A stretch of 64,000 bases of DNA from the UHGV virus genome UHGV-0128973, one strand, 5' to 3'. The stretch is from a virus. The notes beneath the pieces are model-generated. The model did not search any database. It was given only the letters and a program-made list of their open reading frames with translations, and was not told the DNA's origin. This document shows positions 9,901 through 18,473 of the stretch, piece after piece. A program made the position numbers and the translations under genes. Position 1 is the stretch's first letter; each line of letters begins with the position of its first letter.

Positions 9901-10794
9901 AGCTACTTTTGACAGTTTTTTTAATAAACCTGATTCAGCATTTAGACGCTCATCATCCTCTTTGCGCCTGGCCTTTTCAGCACGTTCAGCACGGGCATCT
10001 TCCGCTGCGGCCTTACTCCCTGACTTTCCAATAAAACGACCACGCGCATCGCGTTGGTTTTGGCTTTTTTGCGCACCGCCTTTTTGATCGAACATTTCGC
10101 GAGCGTGTTCGGCTGCTTCGGTCCGTTGTGCCTTTATATCCTCTGGTATAGCCTTCCTGCGTCGTTTTTTACCCTTTGGTGTAGTTGATTTGGCCTGCTG
10201 TTCCTGTTGAGCAATGCCCTCCTGAACTACACGAGAAACGTCCCCTAAATTAAGCCGTTTCATTGCGTCAACAATAGGGTCTACTGATGGCGCATTGGCC
10301 ACAAAGTCTGGCCGGGAATTTTCGATTGTTCGATTTAATGCCGACACACTGCGAGATACTGGGTCAACCGTTGCAACGCGTTCCCCTTTCAAATCACGAG
10401 CGAGTTTGACCGTTTCTAACCGCTGTGCTTTAACATCCTCTGTTATTGCCTCTCTTCGTCTATTTGGGGGATTGTGCGCTGTTGGTGCAGCCTGCTGTTC
10501 ACGGTTAGTGACTTTGTCCTCCCGTATACGAGAAACGTCCCCTAAATTAAGCCGTTTTATTGCGTCAACAATAGGGTCCACTGATGGCGCATTGGTCACA
10601 AAGTCAGGACGTGAATTTTCGATTGTGCGATTTAATGCCGACACACTGCGAGATACTGGGTCAACAGTTGCAACTCGTTCCCCTTTCAAATCTTCAACAG
10701 CTTCCCGAATACCTGCAAGCTCTTCCAGCTCTTTCGCGCTGGCGGTTTCAACTGTCCTTATAACATCGTCAATATTGGCGTTTTTTCTTTCCAT
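6952..10794 (-). CDS. sit: Tape-measure-like injected structural protein with lytic transglycosylase domain (Sit-like, 1280 aa)
   Basis: ORF track; contains SLT-type motif AIAATESGGNPYAKSQTGALGMFQFT, Gly/Lys-rich segments and internal tandem repeats. Confidence 0.8.
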   Translation of the reverse strand: MERKNANIDDVIRTVETASAKELEELAGIREAVEDLKGERVATVDPVSRSVSALNRTIENSRPDFVTNAPSVDPIVDAIKRLNLGDVSRIREDKVTNREQQAAPTAHNPPNRRREAITEDVKAQRLETVKLARDLKGERVATVDPVSRSVSALNRTIENSRPDFVANAPSVDPIVDAMKRLNLGDVSRVVQEGIAQQEQQAKSTTPKGKKRRRKAIPEDIKAQRTEAAEHAREMFDQKGGAQKSQNQRDARGRFIGKSGSKAAAEDARAERAEKARRKEDDERLNAESGLLKKLSKVAEGIGNPSETRAVDALGYAVAGPLWAAGKELGGISKEVGGSLNGARKSIADVIRGNDDNSRRKGFFRRKSQNSADVVQVNTQKRTVQELQEQTSEIKEGNDKILSALDQIAKNTGKKKGGLLSKLFSLLGKGAGGVASLLMGRGMLKKAGALAFGALGAKKLVGMLRGGGKKTIAHEGGDLAARAAGKLGLKAVGKGALRAIPLVGTVAGGIYDAVTGWNDTEAQRRAFGLKSGQDPSFQQKAAYTLANVLDMGGLVSGISSAIGEVLKSLGFEDIGNMLQSFSTESIAQAIDSGITNLETYISNLGDTISTKFEDYTAKIGDAVSAWFSDTSNKLLEKLDAIKDFFTVDNLKQVFSDAIDSAIDFIKNPGKHIKEAAGNIWDGVKNLPGKALDAAVDAVKNTPAAMIVSKIPNPIGEANAKEITPELKAPVNSEADAKEITPELKAPVNSEANAKEIAPELKAPVKSEANAKEITPELKAPVNSHQETSDSKTESDAKQTNIVTRVINAALDTAKDSNKTVKETANQIINANAVETGNSALQKIDKAIGQNSSSSSSLNSTGTRNDIQKAADTYNNGRLDVKVGSLGSEGKANLDKLAPYFAELENKYGLPEGTLYAIAATESGGNPYAKSQTGALGMFQFTGIAREETGLAEGESFDPVKSAEAAALLMSKYLKQANGDLNEAITAYNAGFGTINKWKKGTGDLSKENREYAIKVNTHRARYLGGEIYTPGAGAQGGAQYGVRGPLPDNAVIDQSTGLAFTPGDSPFEKGGLVDKIGNAVGVNDLVNKFMNGRGMRREVVQGTLEERARGKGTATAAGNVYVDTPMPVEEARPVASNSSYFDQLGAQMGIDGLFDKLRNSPGMRKNNATEPASTSKVTTAANDLQQPTGRMQIDGQVISDLGGSGAKPTMQLADNTVSLDGETKRLFAQMTSLLARIEEHTKDSAKGQGTVVKVSTPQPGVMRTVPLSIDDPLMNDYARVD
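8452..8650. repeat. About four tandem 45-bp repeats inside sit (encoding AKEITPELKAPVNSE units)
   Basis: Direct reading of the repeated unit accggagcttttaactctggagtgatttctttcgcattagcctcgct. Confidence 0.85.
10231..10691. repeat. Tandem duplication inside sit: two ~164-bp copies, ~94% identical, 297 bp apart (in-frame, 99 aa)
   Basis: Copy 1 at 10231-10394 and copy 2 at 10528-10691, both beginning acgagaaacgtcccctaaattaagccgtt; the protein repeats ATVDPVSRSVSALNRTIENSRPDFV...KRLNLGDVSR twice. Confidence 0.85.
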
Positions 10795-10875
10795 GATCTT
10801 ATCGCCTACCGTTTCGGTTTAAGTTTTTCTTCCAGTTTCTCCAACAGGAAAAACGCATAGGATTCAGTAAGCCTT

Positions 10876-11757
10876 TCAGCGTCCTGAATCGGTATACCCC
10901 CATACAAAACCAGGTTGGACACTAAGGTCTGATAGCTTTTCAATCCCCACCTGTGGAATGAAGTCGGTAGCCCGAAAGGGCACCCACAGACGGGTATATG
11001 CACCCTCTGTGGACTCCTTTTTATCCTGATTTGGGCATTTATGCGGCGGGAGACGAAGACGCATTTCACCTTTATCGATGTAGCACGGTAAACCATGTTC
11101 GAGCTTTTCATGAGCCAGTCGGATGTGTGCCGCCAGCTTCATAAATTCAGTATCAATGGCCATCCGTTTAATCGTTTCATAACGACGCTCAGCCTGATCT
11201 TCACGAGTACCACTAACATCGTTATAAAGCTCACACTGATAAGCGAATTCCCAAAAACGCAAATCAACGATCGCTTCTTTGAATTCCGCGTCGTCTTCAG
11301 GTGGCAATGCTGCACGGCGCATCTCCAGCATTTCCATTGCCCAACCATCAAGCGGCACGATACGCCATTGATAAGGTACTCCCTCTACAGGCACCTCAAT
11401 ATCGTCAATGAACGGTTCCACTTCCAGGACCTGGATATCTTCAGCCAGAGCATTCATATCGCAATCGTAATAATGCTCTTTACCGCAATGTTTACAGGTG
11501 TAGGTGAATGTCTCGACCGGTGTTTCACGGGAGCCGGTAAATATCCACCATAACGCGGTAATCCGGTCCTGCGCCGTCCATGTCAGGGGATCATGTTTCG
11601 CGGGTTCAGCCAGCAAGGCTTTTAAATACGCCGTTGTCTGTTGTTCTTGTTCCTCCGGTGTTATCGAGTTGAAACGCATCGCATCAGCAATATTTGGCTG
11701 ACGGAACTGGATCAATTCAGTTGGCCGCGATGGTAGCGGGAAAAGGGGTAAAAGCAT
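10876..11757 (-). CDS. Hypothetical structural protein (293 aa)
   Basis: ORF track; in the minus-strand late operon upstream of sit. Confidence 0.5.
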   Translation of the reverse strand: MLLPLFPLPSRPTELIQFRQPNIADAMRFNSITPEEQEQQTTAYLKALLAEPAKHDPLTWTAQDRITALWWIFTGSRETPVETFTYTCKHCGKEHYYDCDMNALAEDIQVLEVEPFIDDIEVPVEGVPYQWRIVPLDGWAMEMLEMRRAALPPEDDAEFKEAIVDLRFWEFAYQCELYNDVSGTREDQAERRYETIKRMAIDTEFMKLAAHIRLAHEKLEHGLPCYIDKGEMRLRLPPHKCPNQDKKESTEGAYTRLWVPFRATDFIPQVGIEKLSDLSVQPGFVWGYTDSGR

Positions 11758-11771
11758 CCTTGCTCCTTAAT

Positions 11772-12383
11772 TCAAAGAGAAAAACTAAAGCCCAGAAGGG
11801 AAGCCAAAGAACTTGAGGATTGGTTAAACGTGCTGTGCAATGCGAAGGTCATTGGGAATGACTTAAATTCAGTAACCTGATCTCGCGCATAGGTGACATC
11901 GCCGGTAGTGACCGGGAATACCGTCATCTCATTTTCCAGTTTGGTTATGCCGGAAGACAGCAACCGATAAATACGCACATTGAGCAAATATTTAGACGGT
12001 ATATTCCCGGTACCGTCCGGATTGATCACCCGACTTTTTGCCGTCTTAAACCAGTCCAAAACGAGGCCATCAACGGTATCCCTGACCATCATTGTTATCT
12101 GCCCAGGCGAACGCTCCGTTGGCTGAAGGATATTCCCTCCGCCGATTTTAATCGTTTCATATTCGATGCTGTAATCGTGGTAGGTAATGTCTTTAGCAAA
12201 GAAGTCTGCCCCCTCCAGACCATCAACTTCGACAGAGAACTGCCATCCTTGCGCGAACAGCATTTTGTTCATGATGATTGACGTCAGCTTGCCAACTTCC
12301 CGCTCACCAACGCCGGAGCCAAATAATGTCGTCGTTAATGCCGAAGATACATAAGACTTTACTGAAGCAACATTAAGCCCCAT
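11772..12383 (-). CDS. Hypothetical tail protein (203 aa)
   Basis: ORF track; late-operon context. Confidence 0.45.
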   Translation of the reverse strand: MGLNVASVKSYVSSALTTTLFGSGVGEREVGKLTSIIMNKMLFAQGWQFSVEVDGLEGADFFAKDITYHDYSIEYETIKIGGGNILQPTERSPGQITMMVRDTVDGLVLDWFKTAKSRVINPDGTGNIPSKYLLNVRIYRLLSSGITKLENEMTVFPVTTGDVTYARDQVTEFKSFPMTFALHSTFNQSSSSLASLLGFSFSL

Positions 12384-12393
12384 ATCAGCCTCC

Positions 12394-12984
<591 letters not shown>

Positions 12985-13018
12985 TTACCCGATTCTACGA
13001 GTAGTCATTTGTGACAGG

Positions 13019-13495
13019 TCATTTTGCGCGCTTCAGACAGCCATCTTCAGGTGCCGCGTTGAAAAGCTCTGCGGCCTTACGTAGCGTAAATGTTGCTATT
13101 TTTTTTCCGTCTACGTATGCATCGAATGTTTTAACTTCCATATCAGGGGTATCTGACCAAAAACCATACCAGTAACTATCACCCACAGAGGAACCGATAG
13201 AACTGATAGGATATTCATCATCACCAACTTTCAGCGTTATTTGTTCTTTTTTAGCATCAAATGACTCACCGCCAGGTTCTGTTTTCATGAGAGTGAGTAG
13301 TCGTGTTCCTACTTGATTGGGATCCGTATTATTAAATCCAACATCGCACTCAAATGTAAGCGTATAATTATCTTTGCTGGAAACAGCATAAGAACGAACA
13401 CCATGAGTCTCGCCGGTTGACCATTTGCTTACATTTGCCATTGATGAAAATGGAGTAAGCAAAGCAAGAATTAGAAAAAATCGTTTGATGCGCAT
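13019..13495 (-). CDS. Secreted protein with N-terminal signal peptide (158 aa)
   Basis: ORF track; N-terminus MRIKRFFLILALLTPFSSMA is a typical Sec signal. Confidence 0.5.
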   Translation of the reverse strand: MRIKRFFLILALLTPFSSMANVSKWSTGETHGVRSYAVSSKDNYTLTFECDVGFNNTDPNQVGTRLLTLMKTEPGGESFDAKKEQITLKVGDDEYPISSIGSSVGDSYWYGFWSDTPDMEVKTFDAYVDGKKIATFTLRKAAELFNAAPEDGCLKRAK

Positions 13496-13556
13496 TAATT
13501 TATCTCCTTTGGATATTAACGATTATCAATATTTTAATTGGTTATCCATAATATAT

Positions 13557-14204
13557 TTACCATTCATAGGGTAAATTAAGCGCTTTTAAACCTTGCTGAA
13601 AGGTATTAAGTGAGCCGTTCTTTTGTTGTTCCATTTGCTCGCGTGCCGCTTTCTCATACTGCTCCATCCGTTGGTTATACTCTTGCAATTCCTCTGGTGA
13701 GAGGTTTCCCATTGGGGAGTTTGTACCCGGCCCCCTGGCCCGCTCTTCAAGCGTACCCTGCACGTTTTGATGGCGCATTCCTGGGGCATTTCTGATTGAG
13801 TCAATGCCATTTCTTCCAACGTCTTCTTTATTAACGGCATTGCTCGCCACCAGCACACCCCAGCTAGGAATAGCAAAATCAGGAGCGGTTTCGCATGCCT
13901 TTACCATATAATCGAAAGAGCTTCGATTGATCTCGTTTGCGTCGGGATTTAACAGGCGAGAATATTGATATTTAGCATTTTCGTTGGTTGCGACTTTATA
14001 CAGTTCTTGCTGCACCATCGCTTCAGAAAGTTTAAGGCGTTTCATATCTGACAGTAACTTCTTGCGCATGGATTCGTCTTGACTGACAGCAAAGCCGTAA
14101 ACGTGCCCAAGGTATTTCGTATAATCGGTACAAATCTCCTTTACGCTTGATGCTGCATTAACAGTCTCAGCCATAAATAATAACGGTAGTAATAGTTTTC
14201 TCAT
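13557..14204 (-). CDS. Secreted protein carrying a Sit-like motif; candidate superinfection-exclusion (Sim-like) protein
   Basis: Track ORF 13557..14231; likely start at 14204 (RBS AGGTGAGG, signal peptide MRKLLLPLLFMAETVNA). Motif PGMRHQNVQGTLEERARGPG matches Sit RGMRREVVQGTLEERARGKG. Confidence 0.5.
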   Translation of the reverse strand: MRKLLLPLLFMAETVNAASSVKEICTDYTKYLGHVYGFAVSQDESMRKKLLSDMKRLKLSEAMVQQELYKVATNENAKYQYSRLLNPDANEINRSSFDYMVKACETAPDFAIPSWGVLVASNAVNKEDVGRNGIDSIRNAPGMRHQNVQGTLEERARGPGTNSPMGNLSPEELQEYNQRMEQYEKAAREQMEQQKNGSLNTFQQGLKALNLPYEW

Positions 14205-14300
14205 TATAACCTCACCTGCCTTATAACTCATTTAGGGTACATATTTTCGCCTTTAAAAAAAAGAGGTTATTAGATCCAATTGTGTATTTATTAAGCATGT

Positions 14301-14317
14301 AATGCTCTAATAAATTT
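14301..14317 (+). promoter_or_regulatory. C1-operator-like 17-mer (AATGCTCTAATAAATTT) upstream of the c4-icd-ant module
   Basis: 16/17 match to the repeated motif ATTGCTCTAATAAATTT seen 8 times in this window; position matches the immunity-I promoter region of P1-like phages. Confidence 0.6.
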
Positions 14318-14474
14318 GTATTTTTAAGTCGCGAATGCTATCTTTTCGCATCATATTGACCTTTTAATCGTTCAGGCTTATAGTTCCGCCGTCGTAGCAA
14401 ATTCTGCGACCGGGTTTAGCAGCCTGAATGTTAGTGCGGACAACCGCAGATATCCGATATTGCGGTATTTTTGT

Positions 14475-14570
14475 GTCCGTAAAACCGCGTTACGCCCAAA
14501 TTATGGTGGGGCGTGATGGGGAGGCTTCGGCCTGCTGGTTTCACTAACGCCAGTCTGCTAACCCCGTCAC
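14475..14570 (+). ncRNA. c4: c4-like antisense regulatory RNA (approximate bounds)
   Basis: Segments cactaac (14541-14547) and ctgctaa (14556-14562) are complementary to duplicated target elements tttagcagc...gttagtg found upstream (14414-14436) and at the icd ribosome-binding site (14584-14621). Confidence 0.4.
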
Positions 14571-14631
14571 GTCCTGCCACCTGTTTAGCAGCGGGTAGCA
14601 GGTTGTTAAACCTGTTAGTGAGGCCGTAACT

Positions 14632-14853
14632 ATGGTTAATGCCAATCCTTGCGCACGCCAAGAATTCATCTGGCGTTTCTATTCCTGTAAAAAACACCAC
14701 TATCACTTCGTTATCGCAGCAACAGAAGACGAAGCACGCTCTCAATTGCCTGATGGCCCCTGCATTTTTACTGCCCGTTTTTCAACTAACTCGCGCAATT
14801 CACTTAGTTACTGGAGCCTCCCCTTCTCTGCCGACGTTCAGGGGGGTTTATGA
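14632..14853 (+). CDS. icd: Icd-like small protein (73 aa), translationally coupled to ant
   Basis: ORF track; stop overlaps ant start (ATGA at 14850-14853); preceded by the c4 target site. Confidence 0.5.
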   Translation: MVNANPCARQEFIWRFYSCKKHHYHFVIAATEDEARSQLPDGPCIFTARFSTNSRNSLSYWSLPFSADVQGGL

Positions 14854-15884
14854 AAACACCTCTCGTCACCCGTAATGAAATAGCCGAAGCGATCGCCTTG
14901 CATACAATCTGTATGCCGACACGGGAGATCCCCGGCGCAATTGCCAACTATTTCATGATAACCAGGCGTTTTTATACCCGAACAGATAAGGCTGTGATCA
15001 ACAGGCTACTGATAGCCGAGATCAGGGATTATTTGATTGAACAAGGACGTCTACGTTACGCAACAGTGGCAGCAGAAATGAGAAAGGAGGCACATAGAAT
15101 GACCGGTAATAATTTAAATGTTGAAAAACCAGCACCTGTTGCTTCAGCTACGCCAGCACCAGCCCTGAATGTCATCCCCAACACCGGAGACACAATCGAC
15201 AGCCAAACATTGTTGAAGATGGTCAATGAGGCACGGAAATTATGTAGCGAAAAACCAGTTCGCAACAATGATTTCATTGCCAGAGTTAAGGATGAGCTTG
15301 AAGGAGAAACCTACGAAATTTTCGTAGGTCAAAAAAACGGCGCAGAAATAGATATTATAACCATGACCTACAAACAAGCCCTGCGAGTTGCCGCGCGCGA
15401 GTCAAAAGCGGTCCGCCGTTCGCTGATCGACAAACTGGAAGAATTACAGCAGGCAAACTCCCCTACCCCATCGATCCCCCAAACATTACCAGAAGCCCTA
15501 CGCCTGGCTGCCGAGTTGGCAGAACAGAAAATGCATCTGGAACAACAGCTGGTGGCCGCAGCACCTAAAGTCGATTTTGCCGACCGGGTATCAGTGGCTA
15601 ATGGAATCCTGATCGGTAACTTTGCAAAGGTCGTTGGACTTAAGCAAAACGCCCTTTTCTCATGGTTGCGCCAGAACGGCATTCTCATGGCTTTTGGTGC
15701 GCGCAAAAACGTACCGCGCCAGCAGTACATTAACGCCGGGTATTTCACGGTGAAAGAAGTGGTGCTGGATGATGAAAATGGCTATCAGATACGGCTGACG
15801 CCACAATTAACGGGTAAAGGCCAGCAGTGGTTAACTCGCAAGCTACTTGATGCTGGTTTGTTAAAACCAGTAGCAATAGGTTAA
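14850..15884 (+). CDS. ant: Antirepressor (344 aa) with KilAC-type C-terminal domain
   Basis: ORF track; RBS AGGGGGG; the C-terminal ~130 aa are ~65% identical to the C-terminus of the KilA ORF at 16049. Confidence 0.65.
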   Translation: MKTPLVTRNEIAEAIALHTICMPTREIPGAIANYFMITRRFYTRTDKAVINRLLIAEIRDYLIEQGRLRYATVAAEMRKEAHRMTGNNLNVEKPAPVASATPAPALNVIPNTGDTIDSQTLLKMVNEARKLCSEKPVRNNDFIARVKDELEGETYEIFVGQKNGAEIDIITMTYKQALRVAARESKAVRRSLIDKLEELQQANSPTPSIPQTLPEALRLAAELAEQKMHLEQQLVAAAPKVDFADRVSVANGILIGNFAKVVGLKQNALFSWLRQNGILMAFGARKNVPRQQYINAGYFTVKEVVLDDENGYQIRLTPQLTGKGQQWLTRKLLDAGLLKPVAIG

Positions 15885-15962
15885 CAAAAGAAAAAAACCT
15901 GCCAGCAAACTGGCAGGTTTCTGAGCAGATCGTCCAACCCGATCTGGATCGAGTCAGAAAAA

Positions 15963-15979
15963 TTTGCTCTAATAAATTT
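15963..15979 (+). promoter_or_regulatory. C1-operator-like 17-mer (TTTGCTCTAATAAATTT) upstream of kilA-repL
   Basis: 16/17 motif match, 70 bp upstream of kilA. Confidence 0.6.
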
Positions 15980-16048
15980 CGTTTTCTAAGTGCAAAGAAT
16001 CACCATTTCGAGCTGGTGATTGAAGGTTGATGCAAATTTGGAGAAAAA

Positions 16049-16849
16049 ATGCAACAAACATTCAATGCGGATATGAATATATCAAACCTTCATCAAAATG
16101 TCGATCCTTCAACCACTCTGCCCGTTATTTGTGGTGTTGAAATTACGACCGACCGCGCTGGCCGTTACAACCTTAATGCTCTACACAGAGCGAGCGGACT
16201 CGGTGCCCATAAAGCGCCAGCTCAATGGCTAAGAACGCTGTCAGCCAAACAGCTCATCGAAGAGCTTGAAAAAGAAACTATGCAGAATTGCATAGTTTCG
16301 TTCGAAGGCCGTGGCGGCGGCACTTTTGCCCATGAATTGCTCGCAGTGGAGTACGCAGGCTGGATTTCTCCCGCGTTTCGGCTGAAGGTAAACCAGACAT
16401 TTATCGACTATCGAGCCGGAAGATTACAACCTGCTATTCCGAAGAGCCTCCCAGAAGCTCTCCGTTTGGCTGCTGACCTGGCAGAGCAAAAGCAACGGCT
16501 GGAGCAAAAAATGCTGATGGATGCACCTAAAGTCGAATTCGCCGAACGCGTTGCTACCGCCAGCGGGGTTCTAATCGGCAACTATGCCAAAGTGCTCGGC
16601 CTGGGCCAAAACTATCTCTTCACCTGGTTGCGTGATAACGGAATTCTGATCGCAACCGGTGAACGCAGGAACGTCCCCAAACAAGAATACATATCCCGTG
16701 GGTATTTCACCCTTAAAGAAACCGTGATCGATACAAGCAATGGAAGCAGGATTTCTTTCACGACTCGTATAACCGGCAAAGGTCAGCAGTGGCTGATGAA
16801 GCGATTGCTTGATGCTGGTGTGCTGGTACCTGTCGCGGCAACGCGCTAA
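16049..16849 (+). CDS. kilA: KilA (N-terminal KilA-N domain plus KilAC domain, 266 aa)
   Basis: ORF track; RBS GGAGAAA; domain architecture and position before repL. Confidence 0.7.
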   Translation: MQQTFNADMNISNLHQNVDPSTTLPVICGVEITTDRAGRYNLNALHRASGLGAHKAPAQWLRTLSAKQLIEELEKETMQNCIVSFEGRGGGTFAHELLAVEYAGWISPAFRLKVNQTFIDYRAGRLQPAIPKSLPEALRLAADLAEQKQRLEQKMLMDAPKVEFAERVATASGVLIGNYAKVLGLGQNYLFTWLRDNGILIATGERRNVPKQEYISRGYFTLKETVIDTSNGSRISFTTRITGKGQQWLMKRLLDAGVLVPVAATR

Positions 16850-16878
16850 CAGACGTAGTAAGAACCACCAGCATTGTA

Positions 16879-17724
16879 ATGCTGGCTAAAGTCACTTTCC
16901 TGAGCTGTATAACGATGAGCGATTTTACTTTTTCTGGCTATGAATTGGCCTTCTTTGTAACACACTCCGGTCTATCCCGTAGCGCCGGGCATATCCTGTC
17001 GCAATGTGCAAATCTCGCGGCAACAACCAGTGAATACTTCATTCACAAGCCCCACCGCCTGATCGCGGCAGAAACTGGTTATAGCCAATCAACCGTCGTT
17101 CGTGCATTCCGTGAAGCTGTAAACAAAGGAATTCTATCTGTAGAGATTGTTATCGGCGACCACCGTGAACGTCGCGCTAACCTGTACCGGTTTACACCAT
17201 CCTTTTTGGCCTTCGCACAACAAGCCAAAAATGCGCTGATTGAAAGCAAATTAAAAATCTCTTCAGCGGCAACCAAGGTTAAAGCTGTTCTCGCTAAGAC
17301 ATTGGCTTTATTTAATTTTTTATCCACACCCCCATGTCAAAATGATACCCCCTCCCCATGTCAGGATGACGTGGCAATAAAGAATAAGAAGTCACAAGTT
17401 AAAAAAACAAAAAGATCAGTTTCCGGCGGTGCCGGAACGATCAGACTCAAAAAATTGACTTCATGGATCGCTGAGACAAAAGCAAAGGCTGACAATCTGC
17501 GGTTATCCAAAAAACGCGCACAAAAACATGAGTTCAAGCAGAAAGTAGAGGCGGCAGCGCGGAAATATGCTTACCTGAAGAACAAGCGTTCTCCTGATAT
17601 TGGCGGGGTATCAAACTTCGATAATCTGCCGCATTGCATGACGGTAAACGAAGCTCTTAATGCGGTTTTAGCCAAAAATAAAGATAACGAACAATGGGGT
17701 ATACCGGCAGGATTCAGAGGGTGA
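16879..17724 (+). CDS. repL: Lytic replication initiator RepL-like protein (281 aa); alternative start at 16915
   Basis: ORF track; helix-turn-helix-like segment RLIAAETGYSQSTVVRAFREAVNKGIL; follows kilA as in P1-like phages. Confidence 0.6.
   Translation: MLAKVTFLSCITMSDFTFSGYELAFFVTHSGLSRSAGHILSQCANLAATTSEYFIHKPHRLIAAETGYSQSTVVRAFREAVNKGILSVEIVIGDHRERRANLYRFTPSFLAFAQQAKNALIESKLKISSAATKVKAVLAKTLALFNFLSTPPCQNDTPSPCQDDVAIKNKKSQVKKTKRSVSGGAGTIRLKKLTSWIAETKAKADNLRLSKKRAQKHEFKQKVEAAARKYAYLKNKRSPDIGGVSNFDNLPHCMTVNEALNAVLAKNKDNEQWGIPAGFRG
17311..17370 (+). promoter_or_regulatory. Candidate lytic origin (oriL) elements inside repL: DnaA box TTATCCACA plus repeated CCCCATGTCA
   Basis: TTATCCACA at 17318-17326 followed by cccccatgtcaaaatgataccccctccccatgtcagg. 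Confidence 0.35.
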
Positions 17725-17776
17725 TAGATTGCTCTAATCTGGAGTTACCTGGCGTTTTCAGTTTGAGGTCGGAGAT

Positions 17777-18020
17777 GCAATCTGATTTTTTACAGTTAGC
17801 GATCGCTTTTGCAGGATATGTTTGTATTGGCTTCTGTGTATACATGATCAGCCGAAAAATGCTTGTCGATATCGACCGCAAAGAACAAGCAGAGGAGATC
17901 TTAGTATGGATTTTCTTTGGCGCGGTCTGGCCATTAGGGATCATGTTTGCTGCAACATTTCTTCTGATGTGGATATTCACCCTTCCAGGTGATTTCTATA
18001 GAAAAAAAGCCAGACATTGA
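17777..18020 (+). CDS. Small integral membrane protein (about 81 aa from internal ATG; track ORF 17694..18020 overlaps repL)
   Basis: ORF track; two hydrophobic helices (LAIAFAGYVCIGFCVYMI; FFGAVWPLGIMFAATFLLMWIF). Confidence 0.4.
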
Positions 18021-18074
18021 TACAATCGTTGCGGGTGCTTGAGGCTATCTGCTTCAGGTATTACCCGAAAAGCA

Positions 18075-18152
18075 GATAGAAGAAAGCCCCAGATAACATT
18101 ACGCGTCCTGCAAGACGCTTAACATTAATCTGAGGCCATATCTATGCTTAGC
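18075..18152 (-). ncRNA. Sok-like antisense RNA (putative)
   Basis: Minus-strand promoter-like TTGACC-N18-TAATCT (plus coordinates 18159-18189) would drive a transcript antisense to the mok start at 18144. Confidence 0.3.
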
Positions 18153-18350
18153 ATACGTAGATTAGCCTCTTACCGACCAAAAGGTCAAGGAGAAGCAGGC
18201 TATGAAGCAGCAAAAAGCGATGTTAATCGCTCTGATCGTCATCTGTTTAACCGTCATTGTGACGGCACTGGTAACGAGGAAAGACCTCTGCGAGGTACGA
18301 ATCCGAACCAGCCAGACGGAGGTCACTGTCTTCACAGCCTACGAATCTGA
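18144..18350 (+). CDS. Mok-like overlapping reading frame (68 aa)
   Basis: ORF track; starts upstream of hok and overlaps it in another frame, as in hok/mok/sok loci. Confidence 0.4.
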   Translation: MLSIRRLASYRPKGQGEAGYEAAKSDVNRSDRHLFNRHCDGTGNEERPLRGTNPNQPDGGHCLHSLRI

Positions 18351-18357
18351 AAGGTAA
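18202..18357 (+). CDS. hok: Hok/Gef-family type I toxin (51 aa)
   Basis: My translation from ATG 18202 (RBS AGGAGA): MKQQKAMLIALIVICLTVIVTALVTRKDLCEVRIRTSQTEVTVFTAYESER, matching the Hok family pattern. Absent from the ORF track because it is under 60 aa. Confidence 0.8.
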   Translation: MKQQKAMLIALIVICLTVIVTALVTRKDLCEVRIRTSQTEVTVFTAYESER

Positions 18358-18430
18358 GAGACCTGGCGGGGAGAGATCCCCGTCACTCTTCGTGTGTCAG
18401 GTATCCTCAATGCACCCTTTCCTCTCCAAA

Positions 18431-18458
18431 TAAAAAAGCTCCCGAAGGAGCTTTAAAA
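18431..18458. terminator. Bidirectional hairpin terminator between hok and the convergent tail gene
   Basis: Stem aaagctcc / ggagcttt with loop cgaa, flanked by an A-run on one side and a T-run on the minus strand. Confidence 0.5.
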
Positions 18459-18473
18459 TACAAGGGATGACTC

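Noticed and set aside
7031-10822. Plus-strand track ORFs inside sit (e.g. 8348..8956, 9284..9580, 10295..10822)
   Set aside because: Antisense to a 1280-aa gene with clear domain content; low-complexity translations caused by the repeats.
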